From an uncultured Methylomirabilota bacterium (lineage in GTDB: Bacteria; Methylomirabilota; Methylomirabilia; Methylomirabilales; 2-02-FULL-66-22): DNA of 64,000 nucleotides. Below are positions 38,654 through 48,681 of this stretch, in pieces (position 1 is the stretch's first letter; each line of letters opens with the position of its first letter). Both the position numbers and the translations under genes were made by a program. The notes below the pieces were generated by a model. The model was not told where the DNA came from. It saw only the letters and a list, made by a program, of their open reading frames with translations, and made no database searches. The stretch spans positions 64,001 through 128,000 of the forward strand of contig CAWJSJ010000002.1 of assembly GCA_963845565.1 (NCBI GenBank), in the 5' to 3' direction.

Positions 38654-40078
38654 TTACCGATATACGGTGTATGTCTTGTTGCCCCCGGTGAAGCGATACA
38701 GCGGGGTCCCTTGACGCATCAGCAGGGGAACCGACTTACCGTTGACCACCGCGGACATTTCGAGGCGGTTGACGTTCCAGTTGTCGCCGCCGATGCCGCC
38801 GCCGAAATTGGTCGTCAACGTGACGCCGAGGATATCCTCAGGACGCACCGCCTGACTCAGCGAGAGGCTCACGGTCTGCTGATAGTTGTCAATCCAGCGC
38901 CGACTGCCGTTGATGTTCGGCCAGGTCCGTGCCGGAAGATTTCGGAAATGGAGCGTCGCATCGACGTTGTCGTTGCCGCCCCGCAGGTCGTCGCCCCCCG
39001 TGAGGATCGCGAGCCGGACCTCGCGAACCAGGCCGTCGTTGACGACCGGCGGCGGGGCGGCGAAGGTCGGCGGGACGAGTCGATCGTACTTGGAATCCAC
39101 GAAGTAGGTACGCCAGGAGCTCTGCGGCGCATCCACCAGATAATACACCTGCGCATTGGGATCGGGTGCCAGGGCGCGGATCTTGCCCGGCGCGTTGGGG
39201 TCGTAGATGAAGATCCGCAACTGCTCCTTGTAGGCCCCGAGGTCTCCCTTGTAATTGCCCGGGTCGTATCCGATCGCGACGACCTGATGGTCCCCGACGC
39301 CGCCACCGTACGACTTGAGGCCGAGAGGCACGGGGAGGCCGGCGTCGATCTTCTGGCGCAATTCCTGGAGCCGTCCCCCACCGGAACCCTGAAGCCCCCA
39401 GTTGAAGAATTCCGTGTTACGCGCCCCGAATGGATTCACGGTGAGCTCCGCCCATTTGTCGATGTTCTGCTCCAACGATTTGACCTGCCGTCCGTAAATA
39501 TAATCGTGGAGCGGGGTGTTGACAGCGGGGCGGAAATCCTGCGTCGGGATCGGCTTCTTCGCGTAATAGAAGTCAAGCGCGGCGTAGGACATGCCACCGC
39601 ACAGCCCGCTCGTGCGAATGTTGAACTCACGAATGAAGTCGTTGGTGAAATCGTTGGTGAAGCGAAATCCATGCGTGGAAGGGTTGAATGACGTTTGTAC
39701 GGCGGTCGGGACGGGCGCCCGAAGCGTGAAGGCGGCGGACATGCCGTTGTCCGCGGTCGGGTTCGTGGTGCTCTCCGCCCTGACCTGGTAGTTGTTGGCA
39801 GGCGAGAGGGTGTTCGGCACCTGCCACATGAATACGCCGAGACCGGTCGCGACCTGCGGTGGCACCCCGGTCGCCAGCCGCCGGACGACCGTCGCGCCCT
39901 GAACAAGCACGATGTTGACCGGTCCTGGGTAAATCCAACTGATCTGAACGTACATCCCGAACGCCCACACCGAACCGGCCGGCGGCATCAGCACTGGGAT
40001 GGCGGCAGCATGCGCCCCGGATACGAGAAGCAGCGACGTCACCGCGACCAAAATCAGGCATTTCAGGAAGGTCCTCAT
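38654..40078 (-). CDS. Secreted multidomain protein: Ig-like + papain-like (C39-like) + C-terminal beta domain
   Basis: Signal peptide; GLCGGM, DHQVVAIGY, IYDPN putative Cys-His-Asp triad; TGGDDLRGGND domain. Confidence 0.7.
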   Translation of the reverse strand: MRTFLKCLILVAVTSLLLVSGAHAAAIPVLMPPAGSVWAFGMYVQISWIYPGPVNIVLVQGATVVRRLATGVPPQVATGLGVFMWQVPNTLSPANNYQVRAESTTNPTADNGMSAAFTLRAPVPTAVQTSFNPSTHGFRFTNDFTNDFIREFNIRTSGLCGGMSYAALDFYYAKKPIPTQDFRPAVNTPLHDYIYGRQVKSLEQNIDKWAELTVNPFGARNTEFFNWGLQGSGGGRLQELRQKIDAGLPVPLGLKSYGGGVGDHQVVAIGYDPGNYKGDLGAYKEQLRIFIYDPNAPGKIRALAPDPNAQVYYLVDAPQSSWRTYFVDSKYDRLVPPTFAAPPPVVNDGLVREVRLAILTGGDDLRGGNDNVDATLHFRNLPARTWPNINGSRRWIDNYQQTVSLSLSQAVRPEDILGVTLTTNFGGGIGGDNWNVNRLEMSAVVNGKSVPLLMRQGTPLYRFTGGNKTYTVYR

Positions 40079-40339
40079 GTCGCCCCCGCACACGCCAGGT
40101 ACCGGACCGGCGCACTTTCTGGAAATTGGTGAGATGATCGGAACTCCTCGCCCCTATCCGGGCCTCGATCATTGCGGCTTGTAGCATCCCTCGCGGAACA
40201 GGTTCACACGGCGTGCCTCTGATCGGGCCGGTGGCGGCCGTCTGGAAGTCCGCGGTTTCGACGGGACCGGCGCGACGGTCTCCGGCATCTTCCCGCGTCC
40301 TCTTCGCGGTAAGCACGACAACGCCCATTCTTCGCGGGT

Positions 40340-40945
40340 TCACTGCATGATGGGATTGGTTCGTTGTGGCGGATTCGGGACGAAGATGCGGCACGCGTCC
40401 CTGCCCGGCTGCACCTTCTTTTCAACCTTGCCACCGGGGGGTGGCGGTGGGCAGGCCACGTCGGTGACGACGTCCCCGAATGGCGAGGGGGCCACGCATT
40501 TATCGTCGTAGCCGCTCCGATCATTTACGTAGTTTACGGGCCAAGGGGGACAGCCCAGCGTATTCCACAACGCCACTTCCTTCCAGGGGTCCCCGATGCA
40601 ATCAATGAAGAGCGGCGGCGGGACCTGGACCCTGTTGTAACCGGCCGGACAGATCAGGTGTTTTGGGGGGTAACCGCACTGGGGAGTCGGCCCCGGCACG
40701 AAGCTCGTGCCGCTCGGACAGGCGGGACCTCGATCCTGGACGATCTCGCAATGTCCGTTCGCCGCGAGCCTTTGCCCCGCGGCACAACTTGCGTTCACTG
40801 TCTTTATGCATACCCCCCCAGGGACAGGCGTATACCCTTCCCCGCACGGCGATACGGCAAGAGCGAGCCCAACCGGAAAGCTTGCCACAACAGCCAAAGC
40901 CATTACCGTTGCCGCCAAACTCCAAACAGGGCGGGGCTTCCACAT
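40340..40945 (-). CDS. Cys/Pro-rich secreted protein
   Basis: Signal peptide; repeated CPxGy-type units (CGEGY, CAAGQ, CPSGT, CPAGY); AAGGAGG RBS. Confidence 0.7.
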   Translation of the reverse strand: MWKPRPVWSLAATVMALAVVASFPVGLALAVSPCGEGYTPVPGGVCIKTVNASCAAGQRLAANGHCEIVQDRGPACPSGTSFVPGPTPQCGYPPKHLICPAGYNRVQVPPPLFIDCIGDPWKEVALWNTLGCPPWPVNYVNDRSGYDDKCVAPSPFGDVVTDVACPPPPPGGKVEKKVQPGRDACRIFVPNPPQRTNPIMQ

Positions 40946-40990
40946 ACCATGTCCTCCTTGTTGGTCTAGAAGCGACGGTGAATCCTCGTA

Positions 40991-43579
40991 TTATTTCTTC
41001 ACCAGCTCCACGCGACGGTTCTGCGCCCGACCCTTCGGCGTATCGTTGGAGTCGATGGGTCTGGTGGCGCCGAGACCGGCGGTGGTGAGTCGGTTGGCGT
41101 CCACCCTGAACTGGACCACCAACACGGTCTTGAGAGCCTCGGCACGGCGCCTGGACAGATCCAGATTTTGGGCCGCGTCGCCCACGGCGTCCGTGTGGCC
41201 TTCGATCAGCAGTTGCAGATTTGGATTCGTTTCCAAACCGCGCGCGATGGCCTGGATGACCGGCGCGGATTCCGGCTTCAGCCTATCGCTGCCGGTATCG
41301 AACAGGATCCCGTACGTGACGTAACGGCCCGTAGCGCTGATCACTTGACTGAAGTCCGGGGTCGATTCCGCGAATCGCACCATGCGATATCCGAGTGCCG
41401 GGCCGGCGCCCAAGAAAGATTGCTCCATCTCGACGCTATCGATCGGCGGCAAGTCCACCTGGTTGAAGTCGAGCAGCTTCTCTCCGTTCACGAAGCTCCG
41501 CATCCGCCCGTTCTGCGCCCACAGGGCCACCTTCATCGGCTGGTCCAAGTTCACCGCTACCCGTTTCCGCCCCAGTTCCTGATAGGGTGATCGCAGCGAG
41601 ACGATGAGGTCCAGTTGCTTGGCCTGCACCGATAACCACCAATGCAGGACCTGCTTCCCTTTCGATATCAGAATCAGGTTGGAGTCTGCGCGGCCCTTCA
41701 CGGCGTCTACCTTGATCTCCGCCTCGTACGTAAAGTCCTTGGGAAGAGTCGTAAGGTTGGGGAACAGCGATCCCTTTGCCCTTGCCGTCAGCTGCCGCAC
41801 GCCGCCCCCGGCCAGCAACTGCGGCGCGGCGCCGCGGACTTTGAAATGTGGCGGTGCATCGTCCGGACTCATATCGGTGAAGTCGTCGAAGAACAACGTC
41901 TTCTCACCGGGGATGAACGTCGACTTCAACTCGGTCATCGGAGGCTGGACAGTGACCCCGGCGGCCGGCAATGCCTGCGGAGCGCCTTGCGGGGACGCCG
42001 AGGTGGGGTATACGGGCTGTTGGGTGGCGGGAAGCGCCTGTTGTGGTGCTTGCGGGACGCCCTGCTGGGGAAGGCCCTGTTGCGCCGCCGAAGGATACGC
42101 CTGCTGCGGGGCCGCAAACTGTTGTTGACCGGCAGACGGATCCTGGGGAAAACCCGCCTGCGGGAAGCCGCCCTGGGCCTGCGTTGGTTGCTGGTAGCCA
42201 GGTTGTTGGGGGACACTCGGTTGACCTTGAGGCGCCTGGGGGAACCCCTGAGCCTGCGGGAAACCCGACTGCCCTTGCGGCGGCGGGAAGCCACCTTGAG
42301 CCTGCGGGAAGCCTTGTTGCGGGAACCCGGGTTGGCCGCCTTGCGGGTAACCCTGCTGCGGGAAACCCCCCTGGGCCTGCGGTGGTTGCGGGTAGCCAGG
42401 TTGCTGCGGAAAACTCGGCTGACCTTGCGGCGCTGGGGGGAACCCCTGTGCCTGCGGGAAGCCGGCCTGCCCCTGCGGAGCCTGCGGGAAACCGGGTTGT
42501 CCTTGGGGCGGGAAGCCTGGTTGCGAGGCCTGCGGGAAACCCGACTGCCCTTGCGGCGGCGGGAAGCCACCCTGAGCCTGCGGGAAGCCTTGTTGCGGGA
42601 ACCCGGGCTGGCCGCCTTGCGGGTAACCCTGCTGCGGGAAGCCGCCCTGCCCCTGCGCCTGCGGGAAGCCGGGTTGCTGCCCCGGGAAACCCGCCTGGCC
42701 CGGGATCGGTACCTGTTGCGCCGACGGCATGCCTTGCCCCGGGAAACCGCCGGCCGCCGGCTGCTGCGGCCACTGTTGAGCCGCCGCGACGGGCTGGGGC
42801 GCCCGGTAATACTGCGCGGGCGTCTGCGCGACAACAAACTGGACTGCCTCCTGAATCGCGAGGCGGATCGCCTTCTCCATCGGCGTCTTGGCGTAGCCGG
42901 AGAGATCCCCGGCGAGGCCGCTGCCGGCCGCCGAGCCGAGCCCTGAAATATCGTTCGCCTCACCCTTCACCGACGCTGCCGCGACGACCCGGCCGGTCCG
43001 GGTGTCCACGAGCCGCATGTCGATGGCAATATGTGACGACTGGAAGGCACCCCCCAGCTTCCCGACGACCGAGCCAAAGAGTTTGTTGGCAAGCGACTTC
43101 TTGTCCCCCGTCACGTCCTGGCCGCTGACGCCGAGGCCGCCTTGGCCGCCGGAGGTCGCCGCCTCGAACTCCGTGATGTTCCCCGTGACGAGAATCTCCG
43201 CCCCCTCGACCTGGCCGATGGCCGCCGCGGTGTCGGGTCGAATGCGGCCAGAGGCCCCCAGGTCCTGCTCGCTCAGCACGTCCTGCAGATTCTGCCGTTC
43301 GAGCACGATGTAGCGACCGGTCTGAAACAGCGACGTCGCCAACATGTCGGCCATGCCGCTGCCGATCCCCGCGGCTTGCCCCTTCCCCGACTTGTCCAAA
43401 AACTTCGCGACGGCGATGCGCGCCTTCGGCCCATGCGCGCTCTCCTGCGTCGCTTGGTTGATATTCGGCCCACCCCCGCCGTAGGTCTGGGCCATCGCGC
43501 CAAGCGGCTGCAGCCATCCGCTCAGCGCAACGAGGACGAGGATCAGCATCCAAGAATGGCGATTCGTTCGATTGTGCAT
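40991..43579 (-). CDS. CsgG/HfaB-domain + Gln/Pro/Gly repeat + OmpA-like peptidoglycan-binding fusion protein
   Basis: RIAVAKF...[17 protein letters not shown]...GNITEFE...[14 protein letters not shown] repeats; [24 protein letters not shown]. Confidence 0.85.
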   Translation of the reverse strand: MHNRTNRHSWMLILVLVALSGWLQPLGAMAQTYGGGGPNINQATQESAHGPKARIAVAKFLDKSGKGQAAGIGSGMADMLATSLFQTGRYIVLERQNLQDVLSEQDLGASGRIRPDTAAAIGQVEGAEILVTGNITEFEAATSGGQGGLGVSGQDVTGDKKSLANKLFGSVVGKLGGAFQSSHIAIDMRLVDTRTGRVVAAASVKGEANDISGLGSAAGSGLAGDLSGYAKTPMEKAIRLAIQEAVQFVVAQTPAQYYRAPQPVAAAQQWPQQPAAGGFPGQGMPSAQQVPIPGQAGFPGQQPGFPQAQGQGGFPQQGYPQGGQPGFPQQGFPQAQGGFPPPQGQSGFPQASQPGFPPQGQPGFPQAPQGQAGFPQAQGFPPAPQGQPSFPQQPGYPQPPQAQGGFPQQGYPQGGQPGFPQQGFPQAQGGFPPPQGQSGFPQAQGFPQAPQGQPSVPQQPGYQQPTQAQGGFPQAGFPQDPSAGQQQFAAPQQAYPSAAQQGLPQQGVPQAPQQALPATQQPVYPTSASPQGAPQALPAAGVTVQPPMTELKSTFIPGEKTLFFDDFTDMSPDDAPPHFKVRGAAPQLLAGGGVRQLTARAKGSLFPNLTTLPKDFTYEAEIKVDAVKGRADSNLILISKGKQVLHWWLSVQAKQLDLIVSLRSPYQELGRKRVAVNLDQPMKVALWAQNGRMRSFVNGEKLLDFNQVDLPPIDSVEMEQSFLGAGPALGYRMVRFAESTPDFSQVISATGRYVTYGILFDTGSDRLKPESAPVIQAIARGLETNPNLQLLIEGHTDAVGDAAQNLDLSRRRAEALKTVLVVQFRVDANRLTTAGLGATRPIDSNDTPKGRAQNRRVELVKK
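42150..42750 (-). repeat. Coding repeat array (GFPQ units) with a ~120-bp internal duplication
   Basis: 42252-42373 nearly identical to 42528-42649; frequent CCTGCGGGAA units. Confidence 0.9.
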
Positions 43580-43587
43580 GGTCCCCC

Positions 43588-44163
43588 CTATTTCTCGAGT
43601 GCAATGGGCAGATAGATACCGGCGCCCGGGAGAATCTCTACGCGCTGTGAGTACGCCTTGTAGCCGTCCTTCTTGATGTCGAGCTGGTGGGGCCCGGCGA
43701 GCAAGCCGACCTCGTAGGAGAGGTCCGACTGTTGCTGGAGCCGCACCCCGTCCAGATACACCTCGGCGTCAACGGGATTGACCAGGATCAACAGCCGGCC
43801 CGCCGGGTTGACCCGCACCGGGGACTGGGGCACCGGTGCCTGGGACTGCGCAGGCATCGGCGCCGGACCGCCAGGGTACGGCGCGACCTGCCCTGGCGGA
43901 TAGGGGGCGATCGGACAGGGCTGGCCGGGGGCGCAGCCGGGTTGGTACGGGGACCACCCGGTCCACCACGGCCCGGGCTGTCCCCAATAGTAGGGGCTCG
44001 GCAGGCGCGCCGCTCGCTTCGCCTCTTCGGCCTGCCGCATCGCTTCCGCGGTCGGCGCATCGGCCGCGCCGACCGGCGACGCGAACGCGAGCAGGCCGAG
44101 TAGGCCGAGCACGAGCCGTCGCCCCGGTACTCGCACAGGTGAAAGGTCTCGCCGCCCCATCAT
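43588..44163 (-). CDS. PEGA-domain secreted protein
   Basis: [18 protein letters not shown]...[12 protein letters not shown]; signal peptide and Pro-rich linker. Confidence 0.8.
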   Translation of the reverse strand: MMGRRDLSPVRVPGRRLVLGLLGLLAFASPVGAADAPTAEAMRQAEEAKRAARLPSPYYWGQPGPWWTGWSPYQPGCAPGQPCPIAPYPPGQVAPYPGGPAPMPAQSQAPVPQSPVRVNPAGRLLILVNPVDAEVYLDGVRLQQQSDLSYEVGLLAGPHQLDIKKDGYKAYSQRVEILPGAGIYLPIALEK

Positions 44164-44534
44164 TCTCTCCTTCTCCGCCGCCACCCCGCGCCGCGCGCAA
44201 CGTGGAACGGCCTTCCGCAAGCGCCCCCCGGGCCCGAGGATTCCCCTGGATGCTCGGCTGGTCGCACCCCGTGCAGCAACGATCCGGAAGACTGATGAGA
44301 ACAACCCGCGCGGGCAGGCACCCGACACGGTCGCATCGGCGGGGGATTGTCGGCGAGAGTCGAAGGCGCCCCTCGCCGGAACAATCAGATGCGGTGAATA
44401 CAGGTCGCGCGCACGCACCGAGACGACTCGGGGCGCGACGCCTTCGAAGACAAGTCGTTCTTAACAGACGGTTCTGGGGCTGTCAAGACGGCCGGGACGC
44501 ATGCACAACATTCGCTACAAGTTTCTCGGACGCC

Positions 44535-45294
44535 CTACGGACCCGACAGAATCCGGGTTGCCGCAAACAGTCCCAGGACCACCAGTCCGGCGACGAGCGC
44601 CACGGCGTCCCGCCCGTGAAAGCCGATCGTGAGGAGCGACGTCCGCTCGCGGCGAGCTCCGAAACCGCGCGACTCGAGCGCCTTGGCGAGCTGATCCGTG
44701 TTTCGGAGCGTGTGGAGGAAGATCGGCACCAAGAGCGGGACGTAGGTCCGCAGCCGCGCCAGCGGCCCGCCGCTCTCCGTGTCCAGCCCGCGCGAGCGCT
44801 GCGCCTCGGTGACCGTCACCGCCGTCCCGATGATGGTGGGCACCATGCGGATGGCGAGGGAGAACGCAAAGGCCATCGGGAACGGCACGCGCATCCGGAT
44901 GAGGCCCAGGACCATCTCCTCGGTCCGGGTCGTGCTGAGAAACACCAGGCCCGAGATGATCATGGCGTCGATCTTCAGTGCCGCGCCGACCCCGTAGGTC
45001 ACGCTCTCCGTCGTCACGCGCCAGAAGAGCGGCGTGGTTCCACCGGCGAAGAGAGACCAGCTCACCACCGAGACGGCGGCGATGCTGAGCAGCAGGAACC
45101 AGATCCGGCGCAGGTTCCCGAGCGCCCGGCCGACGGCCCCATACGCCAGAAGGACCCCGAGCAGGCTCACGAGCGGCTCCGGGAGTCACGAAGAGCACCG
45201 CCGACAGGAAGCTCGCCAGGAGCAAGCCGAGCTTCGTCCGGGGATCCAGCCGGTGCACCGGGCTCTGACGGTCGAGATAGAGGAAGAGGTTCAT
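44535..45294 (-). pseudogene. ecfT: ECF transporter T component with a +1 frameshift near 45180
   Basis: MNLFLYLDRQSPVHRLDPRTKL in one frame; AQRSRG and ALESRGF motifs in another; removing one base from CCCGGAG joins them. Confidence 0.75.
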
Positions 45295-47006
45295 GGGGGC
45301 GGCCCTGGGGTTCGGCGGTTCGGCGGTTCGGCGGTTCGAGACAAACACGAAACGAGCTCGTCGAGGGTGAGCGCGGGGACGCCGAGCCGGTTTCCCACCT
45401 GCACGATGGGGGGCGGCGTCAACCCCGTCTGCCCGATCCCCGCTTCGTCGGCAAACACCTCGCGGGTGGGCCCGTCCCGTAGGATGCGCCCCCCCTGCAT
45501 CAAGACCACCCGCCGCGCGTAGGCGGCGGCGATGTCCATGGCGTGGGTGATGATCAGGATGGTGTGTCCGGCCTCGTTCAGGCGGCGGATCAACGCCATC
45601 ATCCCTTGAAGCTCCGCATGGTCGAGGCCGGTGGTGGGCTCGTCCAGGATGATCACCTCGGGTTTGGTGGCCAGCGTGCTGGCCACGGCGATGCGCTGCC
45701 GCGTCCCCTTGGTCAGGATGAAGGGGTCCAGATCGCCCATGCCCGCGAGCCCCACCGCCTCCAGCGCCTCCTCGACGCGCGCCGCCACCGCCACCTCGGC
45801 GAGACCCTGGAGGCGGGGTCCGAAGGCGACCTCGTCCCAGATCCGCTCGGCGAAGATCTGGTGGTCCGGGTTCTGAAAGACCAGACCGACGCGACGGCTG
45901 AGTGCAGTGGCGGGTTGGCCCCGCAGGCTCTTCCCTCGCAGCCGGATTTCCCCCGCGCTCGGAGTCAGGATACCGTTCAGATGCTTGACCAGCGTGGTTT
46001 TCCCGCTGCCGTTCTGGCCCAGGATGGCCACGAACTCGCCGCGACGAATGGCACAGTGGACGTCGCGGAGCGCCTCGGTCCCGTCCGGGTAGCGATGGGC
46101 GACCCCGTCCACCTCGAGGAGCACCTCGCCCCCGGCGTGCGCGGCGTCCGCCAGGCGCAGGCGCGCGGCGACACCTGGCGCCCCACCCCACCCCGCCGTG
46201 CGGATCGCGTTGGCCGCGGCGTCGGCGTCCACCCATCGTTCCGACACGCCGAGGCATCGGGCGAGCTTCGCCAGCGTGAACCCTTTCACGCCCAGAGCGT
46301 CCATCTCATCGGCCCGATCCCACAGGGCGGCCGGCGTGCCGTCCATGGCCACCCGCCCCTGATCCAGCACGATCAATCGGTCGGCCCAGCCCATTTCGTC
46401 GGTCTCGGGATCGATCATGACCAGCGTGAGGTCCCGGGTCCGGCGGATGGATCGGATCGCCTCCAGCAGCTCGCGGCGCCCGGCGGGATCGAGGTCGCTC
46501 GTCGGCTCGTCCAGGATCAGGACCGTGGGCTCCAGTGCCAGAACCGAGGCCAGCGCCAGGCGCTGCTTCTGTCCGCCCGAGAGGGCCGCTGGGGCCTTGT
46601 GGGAGAGGTGCGAGAGGCGCACCACACCCAGGCACGAATTCACCCGCCGCGCGATCTCTGTCGGATGCACCCCCAGATTCTCGGGGCCGAAGGCCACTTC
46701 GAGGGAGACATTGGTGGAGAAGAGCTGGGCTTCGAAATCCTGAAACACGAAGCCGATGCGGTCGGCCAGATCCCGCGGGCGCTGCGTGCGGATGTCCTGG
46801 CCGTCGATCAGGACGCGGCCCGTGAGGTCGCCGCGGACGAGGTGGGGAATGGTGCCGTTCAGCGTGGAGGCCAGCGTGGAGCGACCGGAGCCGCTCCGGC
46901 CGAGCAGTCCCACCAGCTCGCCGCGGCGGATGTGGCAGGACACGTCGCGCAGGACGGGATCCTGGGCAGACCGGTAGCGAAACGAGATGTGCTCGAGACG
47001 GATCAC
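45291..47006 (-). CDS. ECF transporter fused double ATPase (EcfA-A')
   Basis: Two ABC domains: GRSGSGRST/LSGGQ/LDEPT and GQNGSGKTT/LTKGT/LDEPT. Confidence 0.92.
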   Translation of the reverse strand: MIRLEHISFRYRSAQDPVLRDVSCHIRRGELVGLLGRSGSGRSTLASTLNGTIPHLVRGDLTGRVLIDGQDIRTQRPRDLADRIGFVFQDFEAQLFSTNVSLEVAFGPENLGVHPTEIARRVNSCLGVVRLSHLSHKAPAALSGGQKQRLALASVLALEPTVLILDEPTSDLDPAGRRELLEAIRSIRRTRDLTLVMIDPETDEMGWADRLIVLDQGRVAMDGTPAALWDRADEMDALGVKGFTLAKLARCLGVSERWVDADAAANAIRTAGWGGAPGVAARLRLADAAHAGGEVLLEVDGVAHRYPDGTEALRDVHCAIRRGEFVAILGQNGSGKTTLVKHLNGILTPSAGEIRLRGKSLRGQPATALSRRVGLVFQNPDHQIFAERIWDEVAFGPRLQGLAEVAVAARVEEALEAVGLAGMGDLDPFILTKGTRQRIAVASTLATKPEVIILDEPTTGLDHAELQGMMALIRRLNEAGHTILIITHAMDIAAAYARRVVLMQGGRILRDGPTREVFADEAGIGQTGLTPPPIVQVGNRLGVPALTLDELVSCLSRTAEPPNRRTPGPPP

Positions 47007-47028
47007 GCGCGTTGCACCTGCTCGGCCG

Positions 47029-47817
47029 TCATGCCAGCAGGCACCCGATCACGAAGACGATGAGGAGCGGGAGGATGGCGGCCACCGTCGCCACGCCCGT
47101 GGCCCCGGTCCCGAACTGGAACGGCAAGGAGGCGTACAGCCCGGTGGAAACGAGCACGCCGACCACCAGGGCGCCGACCCCGCCGATCCACATCAGGAGA
47201 ACGCCCATCCACGGCCGGGCGTTTCGCGAGATCTCGTCCGGCTCCATGATCTCGGTCCACAGGATGTTCCAGCGCCTGGCCCGCGGGACGAGCAACCGCA
47301 GCAAGAAGGGTCCGATGAGCGCCGCCGCCAGGAAGTTGTTCAGCGTGATGACCGGCCCCAGCACGCCGAACGGGACCAGGCCGAAGAGGTCCACGCCCCA
47401 GGAGATGATGGCGGCGCAGGAGGCCGATGCGAGGAACGCGAGCAGCAGGTATTCCGTGATCTGACGGCCGGTGCGCGCCTCCATGGGCTCTTTGCTGGAG
47501 AGCGGTCCCATCTTCCCGCACAGCTTGTACGCCACCAGCCCGTAGAAGAAGTTCCCGACGAAGCCGAAGATGCTCCCCAGGCCCAGCGTGCCGAAGAAGT
47601 CGCCGATGAGGTTGCCGAACGCTGCCCCCCAAGCCGCGGCGGGGCCGAAGAGAATGCTGAAGACGACGGGAACGACATTGGCCGGTCGGAGCTCGGTGAT
47701 GCCCGGGACGAGAGGGATGCCCTTCAACGGGATGAGAATGGCGGCGTAGACGCCCGCGGTCAGCGCCACCAGGACCACCATCTTCGTGTGACGCCACATC
47801 GTGACGACTTCACGCAT
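47029..47817 (-). CDS. ECF S component (QueT-like)
   Basis: ELRPANVVPVVFSILFGPAAAWGAAFGNLIGD; co-operonic with EcfA/T. Confidence 0.8.
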   Translation of the reverse strand: MREVVTMWRHTKMVVLVALTAGVYAAILIPLKGIPLVPGITELRPANVVPVVFSILFGPAAAWGAAFGNLIGDFFGTLGLGSIFGFVGNFFYGLVAYKLCGKMGPLSSKEPMEARTGRQITEYLLLAFLASASCAAIISWGVDLFGLVPFGVLGPVITLNNFLAAALIGPFLLRLLVPRARRWNILWTEIMEPDEISRNARPWMGVLLMWIGGVGALVVGVLVSTGLYASLPFQFGTGATGVATVAAILPLLIVFVIGCLLA

Positions 47818-47878
47818 CAGACGGCCCCCTTTTCGGTCGGCTCCCGCAAGCCGGCAGTGGATGTCCGAGAAGCACGGC

Positions 47879-47996
47879 GCGCGGTCCGAGCGCCCGCGGG
47901 GCGGCATGCGCGCGTTGGCGGGTAGGCTATCCAGACCCCTCGGGCATGTCAAGGTGAAAGACGCAATGGCTTTGTCCTTGCGCGGTCCGAGCGCCC
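47879..47996 (-). promoter_or_regulatory. Sigma70 promoter bracketed by a 17-bp direct repeat
   Basis: TTGACA(47952-47947)-N17-TAGCCT; GCGCGGTCCGAGCGCCC at 47879-47895 and 47980-47996. Confidence 0.6.
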
Positions 47997-48092
47997 ACGG
48001 ATACAATGCCGTAGTCGCCGGCCCGGCGGCGACACCCGCACGGCAAGGGGACGTGCAAGCCCCCGGGGATGCCATTGGAAGGAGACGCTTGC

Positions 48093-48506
48093 ATGGCGGA
48101 TTGCATATTCTGCAAGATCGTGGCGGGCGAACTGAAGGCCCACGTGGTGTACGAGAACGAGAGCGTCTTGGCGTTCCTGGACAACCATCCAGCCTCTCGC
48201 GGCCACGTGATGGTCGTCCCCAAGGTCCACGCCGAAAGCCTGGACCGCCTCGACGATCGGCAATTGGCTCCGCTCTTCTCCGGCGTCAAGACCGTGATGG
48301 GCCTCCTGGAGAAAGCGCTGAAGCCGGCCGGCCTGAATGTCGGCTGGAACCACGGCTGGGCGGCGGGCCAACGCGTCGCCCACCTGCACGTCCACATCAT
48401 CCCGCGCAACGCCGGTGACGGCGGCGGCGGGATCCAGTCCCTCATCCACAGCTTCGTTGCCGAGGACCTCGCCAGCGTGGCCGCGCAGATCAAAGCGGTG
48501 CGCTGA
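48093..48506 (+). CDS. HIT family hydrolase
   Basis: DCIFCKIV, GHVMVVPK, AGQRVAHLHVHIIPR histidine triad. Confidence 0.94.
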   Translation: MADCIFCKIVAGELKAHVVYENESVLAFLDNHPASRGHVMVVPKVHAESLDRLDDRQLAPLFSGVKTVMGLLEKALKPAGLNVGWNHGWAAGQRVAHLHVHIIPRNAGDGGGGIQSLIHSFVAEDLASVAAQIKAVR

Positions 48507-48681
48507 ACCCCGCGCCGGCTCCTTGCTTCCGTGTCCCCGAAAAAAGGGCACAGGGAACCGAAAGCGGCCCCTCAGAGTTTCAATTTACAGGATTCCGTTA
48601 ACGCCCTACCTTGATCCTGCGCCACCGGGGATGAAGGTGGTGGCTCGCCTCTTTGGGGGAATGCACATAGGGAGGGAGGAC

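Noticed and set aside
41900..42800. Repeat array considered as CRISPR
   Set aside because: Repeats are in-frame codon repeats inside a CDS, with no unique spacers and no cas genes
47818..47920. preQ1 riboswitch upstream of the QueT-like gene
   Set aside because: No recognisable preQ1 aptamer or A-rich tail
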